52,699 nt of DNA from Thermoanaerobaculia bacterium (lineage in GTDB: Bacteria; Acidobacteriota; Thermoanaerobaculia; Multivoradales; UBA5704). The DNA lies in NCBI GenBank assembly GCA_044226625.1, contig JBGAGQ010000043.1:1-52699 (forward strand), written 5' to 3'. Below are positions 46,031 to 52,699 of the stretch, piece by piece (within the stretch, counting starts at the first letter, position 1; the number at the start of each line of letters is the position of its first letter). The translations under genes and the position numbers were made by a program. The notes beneath the pieces are model-generated. The model made no database searches. It saw only the letters and a program-made list of their open reading frames with translations, and was not told where the DNA came from.

Positions 46031-49000
46031 CTACGGACAGCCCGCCGCGCCCGTGAAGTGGAAGGTCGCGGAGGTGACGCCCGAGTAGACGGTGTAGGCG
46101 TCGAACCAGTGGCACTTGTTGGTCGGATTGCCACTCGAAATGGTGTTCGACCAGGTGGTATCGGGCGACACCGTGGCGGCGTAGCCGACCGTGACCCAAT
46201 TCCCCCAGATGCCGGAAGAGCTGCGCTCGCGCCAGACCAGGGTGACGTTGCCCGTACCGTTCGCGGCATATCCCGCCGCGGTGAGCGTGCCCGCCGGCCC
46301 CCAGCTGCTCTCCGCCGGCTGTATCCAGGCGATGCTGGTCGTCGGCTGCGGCTGGGCCACGATCAGCGACACCGTATTGCTGTACGCCGAGCTTCCGGCC
46401 GCGTTGTAGGCGCGGACTCGGAATTGGTAGGAGCCGGTCGGCGGATTGGCGCCGCTCACGTAGGAGGTGACGTTGGCGCCCACCGGATTCACCAGGTCGG
46501 AGAACGCGCTTCCCGAGTAGGAAAACTGCGGCGCGAACCCTTGCTCGTTGTTGCTGTTGTCCGACCAGGTGAGGGTGAACTGGCGGGTCGACGTGTTGTA
46601 GGAGGCGGCGAGTCCGGACGGCGCCACGGGCGGAATCTGCGTGGTCGTCACGCTCACGACGTTCGAGAGGCCGCTTCCGACCGAGTTCTTCGCCGCCACC
46701 CGGTACTCGTAGGAGGTTCCGGCCGCCGCTGCGTTGTCGGTGTAGGTTACGACGTTGGCCGCGGTCGCCGCGATCGCGACGAATGCTCCCGAGGGGAACA
46801 GCCGACGCTGCACCTCGAACTGCGTTTCGTTGCCGCTCGCGTCGGTCCAGTTCAACCGCACCGACGTGGCGGAAAGGACGGTCGCTGCCAACCCAGTCGG
46901 CGGGTTGGGCGGGTTGCTGATCGAAAAGACCCTCTGCATCGAGAACGTGTTCCCCGCGCCGTCGGTGGCGATCGTCGTGAGCGTGTGGCTCCCGTCCGCG
47001 AGGCGGGTCGAATCGAAGAAGGCGCGCCAGCCGACGTTCGGACAGTTGGCGTCGCCCGTCGGCACGGCCGTACAGACGTCGGAACGACTGAGGCCGTACG
47101 TGTAGGCCGCGTTGAGGGACAGCGGCGCGCCGTCGAGTTGGAAAGCGAGGGCCGCGATCCTCGTCGCGTCGGTCGCCCAACCCGAAACCTGCACCGCGCT
47201 CCCGGAGACCGCGGCGCTCGCCGCCGGCACTTCGACGTTCAGGTTCGGAGCCCTGTTGTCGACGACTACGGATACCGCAGCCGAGTTGCCAACGTTGTTC
47301 GAGGTGTCGTAGGCCCGGGCAACGAGCGAATGGCTGCCGGCCGAAAGCGCCGAGGTGTTCCAGGCGAAGGAGTAGGGCACCGTGGTGTCGCTCGCGACGA
47401 GCGAGCCGTCGACGCGGAACTCGACCTTCGAGACACCGTTGGCGTCCGCGGCGGTCGCCGCGACGGTCAAGGTGCCGCGCACGTTGGCGCCCGCGGTTGG
47501 CGTGGTGATCGAAACGGTCGGCAGGCCGGTGTCGAGCACGACGGTGACTGGAACCTGCGCCGTGGCCGCGACGTTGCCGCACGCGTCGTAAGCCTTTGCT
47601 TTGAGCTGATGGGCGCCGGCCGTAGCGGCCCCTGAATTCCAACCGAAGGCATACGGCGATGCGGCGTCCGTACCGAGCCGTACGTTGTCGAGGTAGAACT
47701 CGACCTGGGTGACGCCCACGTTGTCGCTCGCCGTCGCTTGGAGCGTCGTAGTGCCGACGACCGTCGATCCGGAGGCGGGAGCCGACCAGGCTACGGAAGG
47801 CGGCGTCGTGTCGAGGCAGTTGCTCACCTCGAACGGGATGTCGACCCGGGTCGGCCCCGGCCGCGTCCCCCGCGCGTCGGCCGAGACCGCCGAGAGAAGG
47901 TGGGGGCCGTTGGTCAACGTCCGGGTGTCGAGCACGGCCGTAAAGCCGACGTTCGGGCAATTCGGATCGCCGCCGCAGCCGACGCTCGACGCCTGGCCGT
48001 AGACCGGCGTCGCCGCGACCGGCTGCTCGTCGACCCAGAGCGCGACGCGCGCGACGCCGTAGGGGTTCTGGAAAGCGCGACCGGTGATTGTCCAGTTGTC
48101 GTGCACGGGACCGCTCGGGAGGTCGAGCTCGGTCACCGGCCCCAACACCGAGAGCTCGTCCGGATTGACGTTGGCGGTGAGAACCGGTTGGAACCGAAGC
48201 GAGCAGTACGTGGTCGTCTCCGACGAGCAGTCGGATCCCGCGCAGCCCGTGACCGTGGCGGTCATGCAGGCGTAGGTGGGGGAGGTCTCCGGGTACCCCC
48301 ACCAGGGGGTGTTGCCCCCGGGGCTGCCGTTCGCGTCGACGCAGAGCTCCGGCACTCGCTCGCAGATACCACCAAGGCGGCCGATCCGATCTCCGGGATC
48401 CGGGCCACCCGGCTCCCCGCGCATGTTCCAGTTCTCGTCGACTTTCTGGCAGTCCTCGGGTTGAACGGAGCGTCCTTGCAGGTTCGCGCCGTTCGAGTAG
48501 AGCCAGGTCATGATGTTGTCCGAGCAGTCGGGGCAGTTCGGACTGTCCGAAAGACCCAGCCAATGGCCGAGCTCGTGGGCAAGGGTCAGGGCCGCGTCTC
48601 CGCAGGGAAACTGCTGGCCGCCCACTTCGGTGAAGTTGTAGATCGTGATGTGGTTACCGCTTCGCGTTCCGCAATGCCCGTCGCCGGCCGCGTTGAGCGG
48701 CTGAACGGTTACCGACACGGTGTAGTACGAGGAGGATCCGGACGGGGCGCTGGTTCCAAAGGTTGGAGCCTTTCCACCCGCACCGCCGTTGCACTGGTTC
48801 CACATCGAGAGGGCCGACGACACCTTCCCCGCGTCCACCGTGCTGTCCGCCTGGACGAAGACGTCCGAGAAAAACCCGACTCTCGGCTGTGCTTGGCTGC
48901 TGATGGTGCACTGGACGTTGGCGCAGTCGGTCGCTCCGGCAAGGATCTCCTCCAGGGAGAGGTCCTGCGCACGCAGCGATCCGCCACCGACCGACGAAGC

Positions 49001-49042
49001 GAAGGCGAAAACGGCCACGAAGCTGCCGAGGCGCCCGTTCAT
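46031..49042 (-). CDS. Secreted metzincin-like zinc protease with Ig-like (Big) and FN3 repeats
   Basis: Signal peptide. HELGHWLGLSD (nt 48577-48545) followed by Met-turn NIMTW. Two Ig domains with NCPNVG, two Big_7-like domains (ATASDNVGVTQVEFY; ATAADANGVSKVEF), two FN3 (LNWTDASGNE; LTWSDNSNNE). Confidence 0.85.
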   Translation of the reverse strand: MNGRLGSFVAVFAFASSVGGGSLRAQDLSLEEILAGATDCANVQCTISSQAQPRVGFFSDVFVQADSTVDAGKVSSALSMWNQCNGGAGGKAPTFGTSAPSGSSSYYTVSVTVQPLNAAGDGHCGTRSGNHITIYNFTEVGGQQFPCGDAALTLAHELGHWLGLSDSPNCPDCSDNIMTWLYSNGANLQGRSVQPEDCQKVDENWNMRGEPGGPDPGDRIGRLGGICERVPELCVDANGSPGGNTPWWGYPETSPTYACMTATVTGCAGSDCSSETTTYCSLRFQPVLTANVNPDELSVLGPVTELDLPSGPVHDNWTITGRAFQNPYGVARVALWVDEQPVAATPVYGQASSVGCGGDPNCPNVGFTAVLDTRTLTNGPHLLSAVSADARGTRPGPTRVDIPFEVSNCLDTTPPSVAWSAPASGSTVVGTTTLQATASDNVGVTQVEFYLDNVRLGTDAASPYAFGWNSGAATAGAHQLKAKAYDACGNVAATAQVPVTVVLDTGLPTVSITTPTAGANVRGTLTVAATAADANGVSKVEFRVDGSLVASDTTVPYSFAWNTSALSAGSHSLVARAYDTSNNVGNSAAVSVVVDNRAPNLNVEVPAASAAVSGSAVQVSGWATDATRIAALAFQLDGAPLSLNAAYTYGLSRSDVCTAVPTGDANCPNVGWRAFFDSTRLADGSHTLTTIATDGAGNTFSMQRVFSISNPPNPPTGLAATVLSATSVRLNWTDASGNETQFEVQRRLFPSGAFVAIAATAANVVTYTDNAAAAGTSYEYRVAAKNSVGSGLSNVVSVTTTQIPPVAPSGLAASYNTSTRQFTLTWSDNSNNEQGFAPQFSYSGSAFSDLVNPVGANVTSYVSGANPPTGSYQFRVRAYNAAGSSAYSNTVSLIVAQPQPTTSIAWIQPAESSWGPAGTLTAAGYAANGTGNVTLVWRERSSSGIWGNWVTVGYAATVSPDTTWSNTISSGNPTNKCHWFDAYTVYSGVTSATFHFTGAAGCP

Positions 49043-49893
49043 CGCTCCACCTCTCGCGCGCCCGCCAACTGTGCCGCAACCGCCGAGGTCAGCCCCGTCA
49101 TGTCGAGGGTGCCTGCCATGCTCGCGTCCTTGCGCAGCGCCTGGGGCACCTCGACCTTGCCGTTCGCCTTCTGCACGAAGATCCCGTCCGGCTCGGGCAA
49201 GAGGATCTTCCGTTCCTCGTCGAGCGGCGGCCGACGGTGGATCACCAGCACGTCGTCTCCGATCCCTGGCAGCGCCGGATAGGCGGGGTCGGCCTTACAG
49301 AAGGAAAACGAGCCGGCGCGGAAGCTCGTCACCGGGTAATAGAGACGCAGATGCTTGCCGCCCGCGATCTCCGACGACGCTTTGAGGGTCTCCTCGACTT
49401 CGAGATCGACCAGGGAGCCGACGTCGCCGCCGAAGAATCCAGGGGTCACCGCGACCACGCGGCCCCGTACGACCCCCCGGGCCGTGGCGAGAGAAGCGGT
49501 CAACGTCTGGACCGGCGCGCGACCGGAGGCCTCGAACGATCCGGGCGCGTAATACAAGCAACCGGCGATCGGCCGCGAATAGGCCGGATCGGGCGCACCG
49601 AGGGGCGTCGGAACACCGGGACGCTCAGGAGGAGCCGGCAAAGCCGGCGCGTTGGCGACGGAATCGAACGCCGCTTCAGCCCGGCTGCCGAGGAGATCCC
49701 AATCGATCGAGCCGTCCGGACGCCCGGCGAGATCGGCGGGAACGAACAGCGGGGCGCCGGTGGGCTCCGCCAGCGAGCGAACGAGCCGGGATGCCGGCGG
49801 CTGCGCGAGGGCGGCGCCCCCGGGCAACAGAAGGAGGAAGGCCGCGAGAAGGCGCCTCCCGAAATCGAGCAAAGCCTTCGATGAAAGGGACAT
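49039..49893 (-). CDS. Exported hypothetical protein, possible TIMP/NTR-like OB fold
   Basis: Signal peptide ending ALA-Q. GGAGG RBS. TLTASLATARGVVRGRVVAV...LEVEETLK...PGIGDDVLVI pattern. 4-nt overlap with the protease gene. Confidence 0.7.
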   Translation of the reverse strand: MSLSSKALLDFGRRLLAAFLLLLPGGAALAQPPASRLVRSLAEPTGAPLFVPADLAGRPDGSIDWDLLGSRAEAAFDSVANAPALPAPPERPGVPTPLGAPDPAYSRPIAGCLYYAPGSFEASGRAPVQTLTASLATARGVVRGRVVAVTPGFFGGDVGSLVDLEVEETLKASSEIAGGKHLRLYYPVTSFRAGSFSFCKADPAYPALPGIGDDVLVIHRRPPLDEERKILLPEPDGIFVQKANGKVEVPQALRKDASMAGTLDMTGLTSAVAAQLAGAREVER

Positions 49894-50044
49894 GTGCGCT
49901 CCTCCGGACGAGGGAGCCGGCTCCCCAGAATCGGGCAGCCGGGGCCGGATTGCTACTTCCGGCTGGCGCAGCCTAGATCCATCCTCCGACGCGTCGCTGT
50001 CGAAAACTTGCTCGGAAATGCCGCCGTTCGCGGATCGCTCGCGG

Positions 50045-52189
50045 CTACTCGACCGCCGGCACCTCGCCGCCGAGAACGTACCGCTCGAACCAGGGCCGCC
50101 ACGGCTTGCCGGTCATCTCTTCGAGGATCGCCACGACATCCCCCGTGTGGGTGATCCGGAAATGCCGGTCCTTCAAGATGCGCCGAAGCCAGCCGAAGAA
50201 CGCCCGGTCTCCATCGGCCTCGTTGCCGGCGTTTCGTTGCAGCTCCTGCCGCAAGGCGTGGAGGACGAGCGGCCCTTTGCCGTAGAGCAGCGCGCGGCGG
50301 ACCGCGAAGTCCTCGCCGTTGCGTACCGGCATGTGGTTCGCGAGGAGGACGCTCGCCGCGGGGTCGGAGCCGAGGGAGCGGGTGAGATCTTTCCACCGGG
50401 TGAGCTGCGACCGCCAAGCGGCGTCGCGCTCGCTCGGCCCCGGCGCGAGGAGGCTCGCGCAGATCGAGGAGACGTACTCGGCGAAGCTCTCCGAGAGCCA
50501 GGCCTCCGTGGGGTCGTCGACCCGCGCCACGTGGGGGAACCAGCCGTGCGCCACCTCGTGGGTCAGGCGCGCGTCGACGTTCAGGACGAGCGCCTTCGCA
50601 AGACGCTGCTGACTCGGCATCGCCCGCACGCGCGCCTTGCTGAAGAACGCCTCCTTGGTGATGAAGATCATCCCCGGCGGCGCCTGCCCCCAGCCCCATT
50701 CGTTGACCTCGACCAGCTGCAGCTCGGAGAAGGGATAGGGCTCGGCGAGCAGTTCGGCGAGGCATTGGCGCGCGCCGATCACCACCTGACCGGCGTGCTC
50801 GAGCTCCCCTTCGAGCCGCGCTCCGTAGGTGGAGATCCCCACCTTGAAGTTACCGTCTTCGACCGTCGCGCTCTCGTATTTGCCCGCCGCGAGGTAGGCG
50901 ATCGACATGGGACCGGACAGCTCGGTGAGGACGCGGTTCGTCTTCGGCGTGGAGGTCCGTTCGACGACCGTCCCCGGCGCGAAGGGAACGAACGGCTTCT
51001 TGACCTCGAGCGCGATGCGGAAAGCCGAGGCCGCATCCGTGCCCGCCCCGGTGGGCGCGGGATACCAAGGGATGCCCCCGACCCGCCAATAGCTGTCGCC
51101 GTTCGGACGGATGAACAGCTCGCCCGACCAGACGGTCTCGACCTCGACCGTCCCCCCTTTCGGCGGCGCCATGGGCAGGGCGATGATCACGTGGTTGCGG
51201 TCGGCAACGTAGCTCGCTTTCGCTCCGGCGACGGTCACCCGTTCGAGGTTCGCCGGCCGCAGGCTTCCCGCCGCGTTCACCGTTTCGGACAAGAGCGAGA
51301 GGGCGACCATCCGAAGCCCCGGAGCCTCGGCCTTCAGGAGGATCCGGCTCGCCACCCGCGCCCGACCGCCGTCCTCCTCTCGAACGTCGATCTCGGAATC
51401 GACGCCGGTCCACTCGAGCGCCGTCGGAGCCTCCCACCACGACCGTCCGATCGGCTGGGTCGCTATCTCCAGGCTGCTCCAACGGCCATGGTAGGGGCTC
51501 GCGATCCCCTCCGTCTCGGCCTGCACGAGGTTCTCAGACGCGACCGCCGCGCGGGCGTCCCAATCGAGGACGTAATCCTCGCGGTCGCCGTGGAAGAGCG
51601 CCCAGGCGTAGCGGGGGGCGCCTTCGGCGTCGCTCATCAGCAGATCGCGCGACGGATTGGCGGAAAGCCGGCGCTCCAGCCGTTCGCTCGCCCAGGTGGG
51701 GAACCTCGGCGCGTCCTCCTTCTCCCACCGCCGATCGCCGGAAGCGATCTCCCCCGCGATCGACCAGCTCCAGACCGCCGCGCCGCGCAGGTTGCCCCGC
51801 AGCAGGAGAGCCCCCTCGTCGTCGGTCGTATCCAGGCGCACTCGGCGCGCGTTCTTCTTCGCGACCGGTCTCGAGAAGCGGTCCTCGACCCGGTAGATCC
51901 AGGCTGCCGCGCCGTCGAGCAGGACGCCACAAGGCCGACCGTTCGCGGTCATCCGCCAGATCTTGGAGCCCGGAGCCGGACGAACCTCCGCCCGCCCGAC
52001 CATGATGCGCTCCGGCGCCGGCATCGAAGCGTCGAGCTTCGGCGCCTCGATCGCGCGATATAGACCGGCGAGTTCCGAGGAGGAGAGGGCAGGTTGGGAG
52101 GAAGGAGAGTCGGCAACGACCGGCAATCCCGCGAGCGCAAAGACGATTCCCGCGGCGATCGCCGCACCCCGACCCAGAAGCCACTTCAT
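50045..52189 (-). CDS. Secreted M1-family (gluzincin) metallopeptidase
   Basis: HEVAH-x18-E (HEVAHGWF...WLSESFAEY), YGKG, PYPFSEL, signal peptide. The GAMEN position reads GWGQAPPG. Confidence 0.88.
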   Translation of the reverse strand: MKWLLGRGAAIAAGIVFALAGLPVVADSPSSQPALSSSELAGLYRAIEAPKLDASMPAPERIMVGRAEVRPAPGSKIWRMTANGRPCGVLLDGAAAWIYRVEDRFSRPVAKKNARRVRLDTTDDEGALLLRGNLRGAAVWSWSIAGEIASGDRRWEKEDAPRFPTWASERLERRLSANPSRDLLMSDAEGAPRYAWALFHGDREDYVLDWDARAAVASENLVQAETEGIASPYHGRWSSLEIATQPIGRSWWEAPTALEWTGVDSEIDVREEDGGRARVASRILLKAEAPGLRMVALSLLSETVNAAGSLRPANLERVTVAGAKASYVADRNHVIIALPMAPPKGGTVEVETVWSGELFIRPNGDSYWRVGGIPWYPAPTGAGTDAASAFRIALEVKKPFVPFAPGTVVERTSTPKTNRVLTELSGPMSIAYLAAGKYESATVEDGNFKVGISTYGARLEGELEHAGQVVIGARQCLAELLAEPYPFSELQLVEVNEWGWGQAPPGMIFITKEAFFSKARVRAMPSQQRLAKALVLNVDARLTHEVAHGWFPHVARVDDPTEAWLSESFAEYVSSICASLLAPGPSERDAAWRSQLTRWKDLTRSLGSDPAASVLLANHMPVRNGEDFAVRRALLYGKGPLVLHALRQELQRNAGNEADGDRAFFGWLRRILKDRHFRITHTGDVVAILEEMTGKPWRPWFERYVLGGEVPAVE

Positions 52190-52323
52190 CGCCGCGGCAT
52201 CCTAAGCCGGGTGCGTCCGAGAAAACGATAGTTTTGGGACGGGAATCTTTTTTCGTACCGCGAGCTGTCCCAGGCGAGGGTGGCCTTCGGCTCGGCGCCG
52301 AGATCAGATTGGACCTGGAGCCA

Positions 52324-52680
52324 GGGAACGATGACCTGCCACAGCACTCCGCCAGGCCGCGCTGGAGAAATAGAACCTGGCGCAGGGCTCCGCCAAGCTG
52401 CGCTCGGAAAAGTCACCTAGGCAGAGTGCTGCGCCAGGATGCGCTCCGGAAAAATAACTCGGCAAATCACTTTTCGAAGCTCGCACTCGGGAAAATCGGC
52501 GCGACGCTGCCTTGCGCCAAGCCGCGCTCGGAAAAATCGACCCGGCTATGCGCTCCGCCAAGCTGCGCTGGGAAAATCCCGCCTAGCCATTCAGTACGCC
52601 AAGCCCGCGCGCCGGAAAATCGACCCGGCAGAGCACTCAGGCAAGCGGGTACTCCACTACGCCCGCCAGAAAATTGGCGC
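52324..52680. repeat. Degenerate 41/42-bp tandem array (about 8 units) of palindrome + A-tract
   Basis: Units resembling CTCCGCCAAGCTGCGCTCGGAAAA(A)TCGACCCGGCAGAGCA start at 52347, 52388, 52429, 52470, 52512, 52553, 52594 and 52636. Confidence 0.85.
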
Positions 52681-52699
52681 GACAGGCTCCGAATTTAGT

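Noticed and set aside
45909-48563. 884-aa same-strand alternative-frame ORF within the metzincin gene
   Set aside because: Arg/Gly-rich low-information translation typical of a shifted frame in GC-rich DNA; no domain recognised.
49894-50044. Two hairpins in the leader of the TIMP-like/metzincin operon
   Set aside because: Short GC-rich stems are expected by chance at this GC content; no known motif or U-tract.
52234-52698. 154-aa plus-strand ORF and short minus-strand ORFs over the terminal array
   Set aside because: The 41-bp period changes frame each unit, there is no RBS or recognisable domain, and the translations look like by-products of the repeat.
52324-52699. CRISPR array interpretation of the terminal repeats
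   Set aside because: The repeats are degenerate, the intervening ~17-bp segments resemble each other (e.g. TCGACCCGGC twice), the period is shorter than typical CRISPR units, and no cas genes are in the window.

Overview
High-GC bacterial chromosomal window from a diderm. Gene style suggests Acidobacteriota, possibly Thermoanaerobaculia; this is an inference, not a database result. From left to right: (1) A translationally coupled three-gene minus-strand operon: a divergent PLP cysteine-synthase-family enzyme, an 898-aa fusion (GT-C-type membrane glycosyltransferase + Ig-like domain + class II terpene-cyclase-like domain with DSDDTA), and a UbiA-family prenyltransferase. This is the best candidate for an undescribed system. 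(2) Small membrane and secreted hypothetical genes, pepT, and an atypical-composition secreted S1 serine protease. (3) A ~16-kb LacI-regulated sugar locus that looks like beta-1,2-glucan utilisation: TonB-dependent receptor, GH144-like lipoprotein, ABC binding protein plus two permeases, an uncharacterised 1080-aa discoidin/six-hairpin hydrolase, an NdvB-like GH94 phosphorylase with a C-terminal frameshift, and a divergent GH1. (4) A RelE/ParE toxin-antitoxin pair and a 21-bp-period palindrome array. (5) A dcw cluster mraZ-rsmH-ftsL-ftsI-murE-murF-mraY-murD-ftsW-murG-murC-ftsQ-ftsA-ftsZ, with MraZ boxes and without murB/ddl. (6) An ABC exporter, a REP-like inverted pair, a secreted metzincin with a coupled TIMP-like partner, an M1 peptidase, and a 41/42-bp-period palindrome array at the window end. 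No rRNA, tRNA, transposase or genuine CRISPR array was recognised.
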